Assembly: GCA_963726495.1 (NCBI GenBank)
Contig: CAVSCP010000007.1
Coordinates: 81,847-145,846, forward strand
DNA from: an uncultured Acidimicrobiales bacterium
GTDB lineage: Bacteria; Actinomycetota; Acidimicrobiia; Acidimicrobiales; DATKAS01
DNA length: 64,000 bases
Reading direction: 5' to 3'
In this document: in pieces, positions 54,847 to 63,990 of the stretch
Position numbering within the stretch: position 1 is the first letter of the stretch
How the letters are laid out: each line of letters begins with the position of its first letter
The notes under the pieces: model-generated
Seen by the model: only the letters and a program-made list of their open reading frames with translations
What the model was told of the DNA's origin: nothing
Databases searched by the model: none
Translations under genes and position numbers: made by a program

Positions 54847-55812
54847 CTACAGCCGGCGGAGGCGGACGCTGCGCACGCTGTGGTCAGGGCCCTTCTCGAG
54901 CACGAGCCGAGCGCGCTCCCGAGTCGGGAGGATGTTCTCCCGCAGGTTGCGACCGTTGATCTCCCGCCAGATGCCGTGCGCGAACTCGATCGCCTGCTCG
55001 TCGCTCATCGCCGAGAAGCGATGGAAGTACGAGTTCGGGTCGCGGAAGATCGTCGCCCGCAGCGCTTGGAACCGCTCGAGGAACCACTGCTCGACGTGCG
55101 CTTCCTCCGCGTCGACGTAGATCGAGAAGTCGAAGAAGTCGGACACGAAGATCGGCGGAGAGTCGCCGGTGCCGACTCGTGAGCTCGCGGACTGCAGCAC
55201 GTTCAGGCCCTCGACGATCACGATGTCGGGGCTGCGCACGACTTGGGTCTCGCCGGCGACGATGTCGTAGACGATGTGCGAGTAGATCGGCGCTTCGACG
55301 TCTTCCTTGCCCGACTTCACCTCGGCCATGAACTGGACGAGTCGCCGCACGTCGTAGCTCTCGGGGAAGCCCTTGCGGCTCATGATGCCGCGCTCTTCGA
55401 GCACCGCATTCGGGAAGAGGAACCCGTCGGTCGTGATCAGGTCGACCTTCGGGTGGTGCGGCCAGCGGGAGAGCAGCGTCTGGAGGATGCGGGCCGTCGT
55501 GCTCTTGCCCACGGCGACGCTGCCGGCGATGCCTATTACATAGGGAACGCGCGGGGCGAGGCTCCCGAGGAACGTGTCGGTGACCGCCGAGAGGTCCTGG
55601 CTCGCCGACACGTACAGGTTCAGCAGCCGGGACAGGGGCAGGTAGATGTCGGTCACTTCTTCGAGCGAGAGCCGCTCGTTGATGCCCCGCAGCGCATCGA
55701 GGTCTCGTTCGTCGAGGGTGAGTGGCGTTGCCGCGCGCAGCGCCGACCACGTGTCACGGTCGAACGAGAGGTAGGGCGACAGCGGGTTGCCGGCGGGCTG
55801 GACGGCGACCAT
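54847..55812 (-). CDS. coaA: type I pantothenate kinase
   Basis: Intact from ATG 55812. Contains [23 protein letters not shown] and IVEGLNVLQ. Confidence 0.9.
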   Translation of the reverse strand: MVAVQPAGNPLSPYLSFDRDTWSALRAATPLTLDERDLDALRGINERLSLEEVTDIYLPLSRLLNLYVSASQDLSAVTDTFLGSLAPRVPYVIGIAGSVAVGKSTTARILQTLLSRWPHHPKVDLITTDGFLFPNAVLEERGIMSRKGFPESYDVRRLVQFMAEVKSGKEDVEAPIYSHIVYDIVAGETQVVRSPDIVIVEGLNVLQSASSRVGTGDSPPIFVSDFFDFSIYVDAEEAHVEQWFLERFQALRATIFRDPNSYFHRFSAMSDEQAIEFAHGIWREINGRNLRENILPTRERARLVLEKGPDHSVRSVRLRRL

Positions 55813-55819
55813 CGGGTGC

Positions 55820-56485
55820 GAACGTAGCGTGCCGACTGTCAGCCGACGAACCTGGCCGGGAATCGTCACGATCCAGATGAAGGTTCCGAGGAACAGCAGC
55901 CCGCCGAGCACGAGCAGGACCTCCCGCTGACCGACGCGACCGGAGCTTGGTCGAGATGCCGGCGAAGAAGAGCGAGACCGCGAAGAGCACGACCGCCAGC
56001 ATGAAGTTGTCCGACGCGTCGAGCGAGTCGCTCGCTCGAGTGGACTCGGCTTGCGCGACGCCAGTTCAGGCGGGTCGCCTCCTTGTTGTCCGCGAGCTGG
56101 TACTCGGGCATCGACGAAGGGGGTGCCGGGGAGCGTCGGCGTTCGTCAGTGGCTTGGTCGCGAGCCACGCGTCGAACGCGGGCTTGAACTCGGCGCCGGA
56201 ACCGCTGCGCGGTAGAAGTCCGCGAGCTGGGTGTTGCCTGCTTCGGTCGCGTTGATCCACTGCGTGAACATCGCGACGTCGATCGTGGCGAGCTGCCCGC
56301 CCTGCGTCGACGCGGTCGAAGACTGGATGCGGGCCGCCGTCGACCTTGCTCGAGTGGGAGCGCCTGCTCACCTCTCCACTGGGCGGCTGGTACGAGGCGT
56401 CCACGCGGTCGCGACAGCGGCGACGGCGAGCAGGACCGTGGCGAACGTCTCGACCCGACTTCGACCGTCGTTCGGCATCGGCCAT
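55820..56485 (-). pseudogene. hypothetical membrane protein, many frame switches, 3' boundary unresolved
   Basis: MPNDGRSRVETFATVLLAVAAVATAW..., ...[20 protein letters not shown]... and ...[21 protein letters not shown]... are spread over three frames. Confidence 0.3.
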
Positions 56486-56488
56486 CGG

Positions 56489-57157
56489 TCAGGTGAACGC
56501 GTTCACGGCACGGGCGATGACGAGGCCGAGCACGGTCAGCGAGATCAGCGACTGCAGCGCCATCGTGAGCTTCGCCCAGTTCTTCATGGGCATCACATCA
56601 GTCGGGCTGAAGGCGGTGCTGGTCGTGATCCCGAGGACGAAGTAGTCGACGTAGTGCGGACGCCAGCCGGGAGGCGCAAGCTCAGGGTTCATGTGGTGCG
56701 GGAACGCGAAGTCGGGGTACTTGTGGGTGCCGCGGTAGCGAGCGAGCGGTCCGCCGCTGTCGAGCTCCCAGTAGAGGAGTCCGAAGACGAGCGCGTTGCC
56801 CGCCCATACGAGCGCACCCGACGCCAGGATCGATGTCGCCGATTTCGTGAACTTGCTCCCCGTGATGATGTCGGTGAGCAAGAGGGCATCGGAGACAAAG
56901 ACCATTCCCATCAGGAGCAGGATCAGCGTGATGGCGAGCGGACGGAGCCACCTGGTGCGGCGGGCGAGGTGCATCGGGTCGGCCGCGAGCAGGGCGACCA
57001 ACAGCCCGATCTCCACGGCAGGGACGAACCAGCGCGGGCCGAGATGCTCGCGCTCGGGCTCGACCACGCGCAGCACGATCGTCAAGGCGATGAAGCCGAA
57101 CAGCACAACGGCGAGGGGCCACCGCGGTTCGATCTTCGGCTGGGGTTCGTCGCCCAC
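56489..57157 (-). CDS. DUF1345-like integral membrane protein
   Basis: Intact from GTG 57157. LLYWELDSGGP...YPDFAFP...DYFVLGITTSTAFSPTD is typical of this family. Confidence 0.55.
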   Translation of the reverse strand: MGDEPQPKIEPRWPLAVVLFGFIALTIVLRVVEPEREHLGPRWFVPAVEIGLLVALLAADPMHLARRTRWLRPLAITLILLLMGMVFVSDALLLTDIITGSKFTKSATSILASGALVWAGNALVFGLLYWELDSGGPLARYRGTHKYPDFAFPHHMNPELAPPGWRPHYVDYFVLGITTSTAFSPTDVMPMKNWAKLTMALQSLISLTVLGLVIARAVNAFT

Positions 57158-57200
57158 GCCGCGACGGTAGTGCGGGGTGCCGCGTGCAAGGCTGATCCCG

Positions 57201-58224
57201 ATGAGCGACCTGGCGATCGACCGCGGCGACATCGAGGACGCCGCCGACCGCATCGGTCCGCACGTGCGGGTCACGCCCACGCTCGTCGTCGACGCTCGCG
57301 ACTTCGGTCTCGAGATCGATGCGACGATCACGTTGAAGCTCGAGTGCGTGCAGCACGCGGGGTCGTTCAAGACGCGCGGAGCGTTCAACCGCGTGCTGTC
57401 GAACGAGGTGCCGCCCGTCGGAGTCATCACGGCCTCGGGTGGCAACCACGGCGTTGCCGTGTCGCACGTCGCCGCCCGGCTCGGGTTGCGGGCCGAGGTG
57501 TTCGTCACCGAGACCACGCCCGAGGCGAAGATCGCCCGCATCCGTGCCAACGGCGCCGAGGTCGTCATCGCCGGGCGCTACTACGACGACGCGCAATCTG
57601 CGATGCACAGCCCGTGCCGAAGAGACGGGTGCGCTCTTCGTCCATCCGTTCAACCAGCCCGAGACGCTCGCGGGTCAGGGCACGCTCGGTCGCGAGCTCG
57701 AGCGTCAGGCGCCCGAGCTCGACTCGGTGCTCGTCGCGGTCGGCGGTGGCGGGCTCATCGCCGGTGTGTCGGCTTGGTACGAGGGACGGGCGCGCGTGAT
57801 CTCGGTCGAGCCCGAGAGCATCCCCGCGATGTCTCGCGCGTTGGCCGAGGGCAAGCCGGTCGAGGTCGAGGTGAGCGGCCTCGCGGCCGACTCGCTCGGC
57901 ACGAAGGAGATCGGCAGCCTCGCGTTCCCGATCGCGCAGCGCTACGTCGCCGACGCGGTGCTCGTGTCAGACGATGCGATCAGGCGCGCCCAGCGCGCGC
58001 TGTGGGATCGCGTGCGGGTGCTCGCCGAGCCCGGTGGTGCAGCCGCGATGGCCGCGCTGCTGTCGGGCGCGTATCGGCCTCGTCCCGGCGAGAACATCGG
58101 CGTGCTCGTGTGCGGCGCGAACACCGATCCCAGCGACGGCGCTGTCGTGAGCGCGCCGACCCCCAGCGTTCTCGCGCGGATAACCCGCCACCGTTGGCGG
58201 GAAAGTCGCGCAGGTTCGCCGTGA
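57201..58224 (+). pseudogene. PLP-dependent threonine/serine dehydratase family protein, one frame switch
   Basis: LKLECVQHAGSFKTRGA (PLP lysine), ASGGNHG and VAVGGGGLIAG. Switch near 57600. Confidence 0.75.
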
Positions 58225-58673
58225 TGGGCGCGCAAGGGCGGCCGTACTGGCTGCATCAGGTCGCCGAGTACATCGTCGGGCTCGTCATGCTCCTGATGAT
58301 CACGCGTGCGCACGGCGATGCTGCTCCGTTGCTCGCCGCCGGCGGTGTGCTCGTGCTGCTCAACGTCGCGATCAGCGGGCCGCCGGCGGGTTGCATGCAC
58401 GTCGTGAGCCGACCCGTGCACAAGTGGACCGACGTCGGTGTCGTCGCCGCACTCGTCGCGATCCCGGTCGTGCTGCGTGATCGGGCGACGAGCACGGTGT
58501 GGATCACGATGATCGGCTGCGCGGTGGTGCTGCTCGTCGTGCGGTTGACGACCAACTACACGGTGAAGCCGAAGCGAGAGCCGATGCCGCCGATCTCTGA
58601 CATCGCCAAGGCCTCGCCTCGCGCGCTCGGGCGCGCATTGGGGAAGGCGCAACGACGCCCGCAAGTACCCTGA
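58224..58673 (+). CDS. hypothetical membrane protein
   Basis: 149-aa ORF with 3-4 hydrophobic segments. Its ATG overlaps the previous stop. Confidence 0.4.
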   Translation: MGAQGRPYWLHQVAEYIVGLVMLLMITRAHGDAAPLLAAGGVLVLLNVAISGPPAGCMHVVSRPVHKWTDVGVVAALVAIPVVLRDRATSTVWITMIGCAVVLLVVRLTTNYTVKPKREPMPPISDIAKASPRALGRALGKAQRRPQVP

Positions 58674-58680
58674 ACCCGCT

Positions 58681-58755
58681 GCCCCTGTAGCTCAGTCCGG
58701 AAAGAGCGGCGGACTTCTAATCCGAAGGCCGGAGGTTCGAATCCTCCCAGGGGCG
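58681..58755 (+). tRNA. tRNA-Arg (anticodon TCT)
   Basis: GCCCCTG-TA-GCTC...GAGC-G-GCGGA-CTTCTAA-TCCGA-AGGCC-GGAGG-TTCGAAT-CCTCC-CAGGGGC-G. Confidence 0.9.
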
Positions 58756-58815
58756 CTGCCTGGGACTTCGTGCGAGGACAGCGCGCGCTGCGTTGAGCAC
58801 AGCGCTCGGACAACG
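58714..58815 (+). repeat. att-like repeat, copy 1 (tRNA-Arg anticodon loop to 3' end plus 60 nt of flank)
   Basis: This 102-nt segment recurs at 59930-60031 (2 mismatches) and at 62263-62364. Confidence 0.85.
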
Positions 58816-59069
58816 AGGTCCCCCACGCTCCACGAACCCGAAGTGAGCCGTCGTGGCCGGTCATCAGCGAGCACTGGGCTGTCATTCCGCTGCGTGCCGG
58901 GGCCCCGGGCTCACCGACGGCTGCGCCACCAGGCCGGCCGTGGCGGTCTTCGCTCGGTCCAGTCGACTCGACCGTTCCCACCGCCCCGTTTGACGGCCGG
59001 TCACCTGAGGGAGAGGATCGCCGCGCCCAGGGATGACCCCGGACCCAGGAGGACTTGCCAGGAGGACAC

Positions 59070-59672
59070 ATGTTCATCTTCATTCGCCGTCGGACGATAA
59101 AGCCGAGCAAGTTCGCGCAAGCGTTGGACTTCTCCATCGAGTCCGCCGCTCACGTGAGCAAGCTCATCGGAAAGAACATCACCGTGTCGCGACTCGCGTT
59201 CGGCCAGCCCGCGGGAGTCGTGCAGTTCAGCTACACCTTCGAGCACATGAGCGAGCTCGATGAATCAAACGAGAAGATCGGAAGCGACGCAGCGACTGCC
59301 GACTTCGGCATCCGGTCCGCGGAGCTCTTCGAAGGACCCCCCGAGGACAACATCGGCCGGCTGGTCGTGTCGAACGTTCGGGGAGCCCAAGGCGGTGATG
59401 AACATCGTGAGTGCGGTCGCGCACGCAGGCAGGGCTGCGGAAGTGACGGCCTTCGGCGTAGAGATGCAACAGGTCCTGACCTCGACCACGGGCAACCTGC
59501 CGCGTTCGTTGTCGGGATCTCCGGTGTGTTCGGCGGAACGCGGTTCGCCCTGGGTGCCGACTCGATGGCGAGCCTGGAAGACGCGAACGAGAAGCTCCAA
59601 GCCGACGCCACGTTCACCAAGCTCATGGAGAAGGCCGGCGACCTGTTCGTACCCGGGACCGGACATCCGTGA
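59070..59672 (+). pseudogene. hypothetical protein built from two ~100-aa repeats, frame switches
   Basis: AGGAGGA lies 6 nt before the ATG. Half 1 is MFIFIRRRTIKPSKFAQALDFSIESAAHVSKL... and half 2 is ...AVMNIVSAVAHAGRAAEVTAFGVEMQQVL.... Both halves end with ...ANEKxQADATF/SNEKIGSDAAT-like segments. Confidence 0.4.
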
Positions 59673-59847
59673 TCCTCCGCAAGATCAACTGGCACCCAAC
59701 CCCGGCTCGTGTTCCTCGAAGCGGGCCGCGACGCCACCGGAGACGCGATGGCGGTGTTGACGGACATCGCCGATGTGCAGAGCGGATAGTTGCGAGGGCT
59801 TCCTTCGATCCCCTGTATCGGGATCTCAATGCTTCCCACGCACGGTT

Positions 59848-60041
59848 CGAGACAACGGATAACTCGCGTCGTGTCGCTCGCGAGTGACCTGCGATCTTCC
59901 TGTTGAGCACAGCGCTCAGTGCTGTAGGCCTTCTAATCCGAAGGCCGGAGGTTCGAATCCTCCCAGGGGCGCTGCCTGGGACTTCGTGCGAGGACAGCGC
60001 GCGCCGCGTTGAGCACAGCGCTCGCACAACGGATAACTCGC
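59848..60041 (+). repeat. att-like repeat, copy 2 (about 194 nt: 82-nt left arm, 102-nt tRNA-Arg-derived core, 10 nt on the right)
   Basis: The core is identical to copy 1 except for 2 nt. It lacks the tRNA 5' half. Left arm and right edge are shared with copy 3. Confidence 0.85.
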
Positions 60042-60211
60042 TGCGGTCGTTGAAGAACGCAAGGGCAGAGGCTGAGCACGCCAGCGCGCGGTGTCAACAC
60101 CGACACGATCCTCCGCACGGCGTGCTTACGAGTCAGTCTCCGAGACGGCAGGTCTTTCGACCCTGGTGCTTTGAGGCTCGACGTCGCACGATTCGGCGAA
60201 GGAGGCGCACC

Positions 60212-61792
60212 ATGCCGGACGCTCGCGGTCGCAAGCTTGGTGTTCTCGTGACCGGTGCGACGGGTTACATCGGTGGGCGTCTCGTTCCGCGGCTGGTCGA
60301 GCGAGGCCACGCCGTTCGCTGCCTCGCTCGCGACGCTGGAGGGCTGGCCGGTCGGTCGTGGACCGGTGTCCAGATCCTCGAAGGCGATCTCGCCGACGGC
60401 GAGGCGACCGAGCGCGCGTTGTCCGGTATCGATGTCGCGTACTACCTCGTGCACTCGATGGAGAGCGGCGCGCACTATCGCGACCGGGATCGAGCGATCG
60501 CCAAGACGTTCGCCGAAGCCTCTGCCCGCCGGGGGGTATCGCGGATCGTGTACCTCGGGGGTCTTGGCGACTCCACCGACACGCGAGCGAGCATCTCGTG
60601 TCGCGGCGGGAGGTGGGAAGGATGCTCGCGTCCACGGGTGTCCCGGTCGTCGAGTTCAGGGCGGGCATGATCGTCGGCTCCGGTTCGATCAGCTTCGAGA
60701 TGATCCGCTATCTCACCGAGCGGCTTCCGATCATGGTGACGCCCCGCTGGGTCCACAGCCAGTGTCAACCGATTGGCGTGCGATCGGTGCTCGACTATCT
60801 CGTGGGGGCCCTCGACCATCCTGACGCTGCGGGGGTCTACGAGATTGGTGGACCAGAGGTCCTCACCTATAACGACATGATGGTGGAGTACGCGCACATA
60901 CGCGGCCTGCGCCGTCTCATCGTCGCGCTGCCCGTGCCGCACCCAGAGTGGAGCGCGCGGTTCGTCGACCTAGTCACGCCCATTCCTTACGCCATCGCGC
61001 AGCCACTCATCGAGGGCTTGCGGACCAACATGATCGTTCGAGACGACCGGGCGCGACGCGAATTCAATGTCCATCCAATGGGCTTCCACGAAGCAGTCGA
61101 ACTCGCGTTGCAGCGCGTTGCCGACGATCAGGTCGAGACAACGTGGGCGTCGAGCCTCGCGAGCCTGAGTGCGGACATTGAACCGCGCAAGCAGCTGTCG
61201 CTCCACGAAGGCATGCTCTTCGAACGTCATCGACGTCACGCCAACGCCGACGCACAACAGGTCTTCGATGTCATCTGCCGCGCTCGGTGGCGACGCCGGC
61301 TGGCCCGCCGGGAACTGGCTGTGGCAACTCCGGGGCCTGATCGACCGTGTCTTCGGCGGGGTCGGCATGCGCCAAGGGCGGCGCCACCCGCGTGAGTTGC
61401 GTCTTGGTGAGCCGCTCGACTTCTGGCGCGTCGAAGCCCTCGAGCCGCCGCACCTCCTGCGCCTGCGCGCCGAGATGCTCCTACCGGGCAGGGCGTGGCT
61501 TCAGTTCGAGGTGCTCCCGAGCGCACACGGTTCGAGGATCGAGCAAACCGCCTTCTTCGAGCCACACGGAGTGTTGGGTTACCTGTACTGGTACGCCGTC
61601 CGCCCGTTCCACCGGTTCATCTTCCCGGGCCTGATCCGCGCGATCCAACAGCGAGCCGACATCCCCGTCGCCTCGGCCACGCACGCCGAACATCGCAAGG
61701 AGACTGCGGCGCAATCGCATTCCTGCTCAACGGTCTCGATGCCGTCGCCGGCCATCATTGCACCACGAGTTCTCGAAACAGGGAAGTCCTGA
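60212..61792 (+). pseudogene. NAD(P)-binding SDR-family (NmrA/epimerase-like) protein with a C-terminal DUF2867-like domain, two frame switches
   Basis: VLVTGATGYIGGRLV Rossmann motif. The C-terminal peptide is LDFWRVEALEPPHLLRLRAEMLLPGRAWLQFEV. Switches near 60590 and 61270. Confidence 0.65.
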
Positions 61793-62180
61793 GCGCATCG
61801 CGCGAACCCCGGCCCTCGTCGAGGGGAGTCCCACGACATCGCTCGTCCACGCACTGCCTCGAAACGCCGGCTCGGCGGCAGCACGCGACGCTCATGTATC
61901 GCGCCGACGCTGCCTCCCCCGAACGCGCAGATCGACGGCGCTAGCTACGGAGGACCGCCGATGCTTCGCTCTCATGGCAACCACCGTGAGCCGATGGATA
62001 CCGATCTGCCGGTTCCCCGGGCTGTCCAGGCTGAAGGGCGGCGTCAAGAGCGTGTCGTACCGAGGCGAACCCGTGCCCGAGGTGATCGGCGTCGATCGCA
62101 CGCCGTAATGTCCAGACCACTCCGCCCGCCGGTGAATCGAAACGCAGCAAGGCTTCCGGAGCACCAAGGGTGCGAATGAG

Positions 62181-62374
62181 CGAGACAACGGATAACTCGC
62201 GTCGTGTCGCTCAGGAGTGAGCAGGGAACTTCCTGTTGAGCACAGCGCTCAGTGCTGTAGGCCTTCTAATCCGAAGGCCGGAGGTTCGAATCCTCCCAGG
62301 GGCGCTGCCTGGGATTTCGTGCGAGGTCAGCGCGCGCCGCGTCGAGCACAGCGCTCGCACAACGGATAAGTCGC
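62181..62374 (+). repeat. att-like repeat, copy 3
   Basis: Collinear with 59848-60041. The core has 3 mismatches to copy 2, and the left arm has a 17-nt variable patch. Confidence 0.85.
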
Positions 62375-62468
62375 CGTCATCGGCATTCGCTTCGGGCGAT
62401 GCGCTGGGCTGCGATGCCAGCCACGGGCGCCTTCGCCGGCACGCGGATCTGCGACCCGTGGGCTCCGG

Positions 62469-63116
62469 TCAGTCCGCCTCGGCAGCCTTGCGCCGCGTTG
62501 ACCAGGCGTCGAGGAAGCTCGTTGCCATGTCGCTCATCCGGATCGCTTCCTGCTGGTCGACGGGGTCCTGCAGACGTCCCGACAAACCGCGGACCCCGAA
62601 CCGAATGCCCCGGAAGTAGGGACCGAACGTCTCAGTCCGCAGCGCGCCGGGATCGTCGACGGGCTCGACGTCAGGCGTCCAGGTCGGCACCGAGATCGCG
62701 GGGAGCCTGAGCGCGCGCAGATCGGAGAGCACATCGTCGTCGTTCGGCGGACGGTCTGCGAAATCGCGGGAGCGGTACCGGCGCACCTCGCGACCCTCCG
62801 CGTCGAAGATGAGCATCGCCGGCCAGGCGATCCCGCCGCGATCGGCCGGGTTCCAGAGATCGAGCTGCTTCAACAGCCAGTCGCCGCCCGGATCGCTGCG
62901 AATCGGGAACGGCAGATGCCAACGCCGGGCAAGCGCGGCGTTGCGTTCCGGTGAGTCGACCGACAGCGCGCAGACATCGCTGCCGAGCGACTGGATCTCG
63001 CCGAACTCGTTCGCCAACCGCACCAGCTGGCCGCAGCAATACGGTCACCAATCGCCGCGGATGGTCACGAGGACCAGCGCGCCGCTCGCGCGCAGTAGCT
63101 CTGTGACGGCGGCCAT
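62469..63116 (-). CDS. PRX_like2/AhpC-TSA-type redoxin with an in-frame TGA at the first Cys of CxxC (candidate selenoprotein, or a pseudogene)
   Basis: ATG 63116 gives MAAVTELLRASGALVLVTIRGDW-TGA(63045-63047)-PYCCGQLVRLANEFGEIQSLG... in the same frame down to 62469. The N-terminus may extend to GTG 63174 through one frame switch. Confidence 0.55.
63013..63031 (-). promoter_or_regulatory. SECIS-like hairpin candidate downstream of the in-frame UGA
   Basis: The RNA GCCAGC-UGGUGCG-GUUGGC starts 14 nt after the UGA. It has 6 bp, one of them G.U, and a G-rich apical loop. Confidence 0.25.
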
Positions 63117-63170
63117 GCCTGCACACTACGTCCGCTTCGCGTGTGGGGACGGCGGCGCGAGGAGTCGCCG

Positions 63171-63656
63171 TCACGCTGTCGACGCGACGGGCAGGAGGGC
63201 GATCAGCGGCAGGGCGTGGATGACGGCTCGCCGACTCTCCTCGGATCCGTCGTACGGCTTCCCTGAGAGACGCCCGAGGACACGACGGACGACCGGCCTC
63301 ATCCATCGATTTCGCTCCTCGTACTGCCGCAACACCTCGACCGCTTCGTCCTCGCGGAGGTCGCGGTGAGTGACCGGACATGAGTGCCGCCGCGAATGTG
63401 ATCGCGGTCGGAGTGCCGGCGTGGATGTTGCGGTACCAGTCGGCAGTCGGACCCCATCCCGACATGATGATCACCTCGCCCGAGCCGCGGTCCCAGCTCA
63501 GAACTTCGACGACCGTGTCGTAGTGGGCTCCCGACCGTCGCCCCGTGTGCTCGATGCTGCACGAACCGATGTCCGAGCAACCAACCGACGTTGCCAGCGG
63601 TAAAGGAAGTTCGGCGCCTTCAGCACGATTCGCAGCACCGGACCAGGCGGCTTCAT
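63171..63656 (-). pseudogene. nitroreductase-family deazaflavin-dependent oxidoreductase (DDN-like), frame switches
   Basis: MKPPGPVLRIVLKAPNFLYRWQRRLV..., IEHTGRRSGAHYDTVVEVL..., WGPTADWYRNI... and ...RNRWMRPVVRRVL lie in different frames. Confidence 0.55.
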
Positions 63657-63714
63657 GTCGCCATGCTCGCGCCTCGTAGACGCTGCGACGCGTTGTACGC
63701 AGCTGGTTGATCGC

Positions 63715-63990
63715 TCACGCCTTCGGGCGACGGGTCGCGGTGAGGATGCCGAGGTTGGCGACAGTGAACGGGACGAGGTAGGTGACCGCGGCCTTCACCC
63801 AAGTCGCGGGTGTCGCCCGTCCCGTCACCACGACGTCGAGTTGGTTGATGGCGAAGAGGACGGTCCCGACAACGGCGGCAATGCGGGTAGTGGCGACCAG
63901 GTGTCGCCGGTCGAGGACGACCGTGAGCGCCTCCCGGGCGGTCGCCCAGGTCGTGAGTTCCGCCAGCGACGGGTCGGGTAACACGACCAC
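63715..63990 (-). CDS. NrtS-family small membrane protein (putative nitrate/nitrite transporter)
   Basis: Intact 91-aa ORF. IAAVVGTVLFAINQLDVVV...AAVTYLVPFTVANLGIL matches my recollection of the NrtS family. Confidence 0.55.
   Translation of the reverse strand: MVVLPDPSLAELTTWATAREALTVVLDRRHLVATTRIAAVVGTVLFAINQLDVVVTGRATPATWVKAAVTYLVPFTVANLGILTATRRPKA

Noticed and set aside
54847-55911. Possible fusion of the upstream membrane protein with coaA (same frame, no stop between 55911 and 55812).
   Set aside because: coaA has a normal N-terminus from ATG 55812. The upstream gene is heavily frame-shifted, so the open frame is most simply an artefact.
59903-60670. ORFs beginning MSTALSAVGLLIRRPEVRILPGALPG (59903-... 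and 62236-62619), and ORF 49190-49378.
   Set aside because: They are translations across the tRNA-Arg-derived repeats and across tRNA-His. The shared peptide simply mirrors the DNA repeat.
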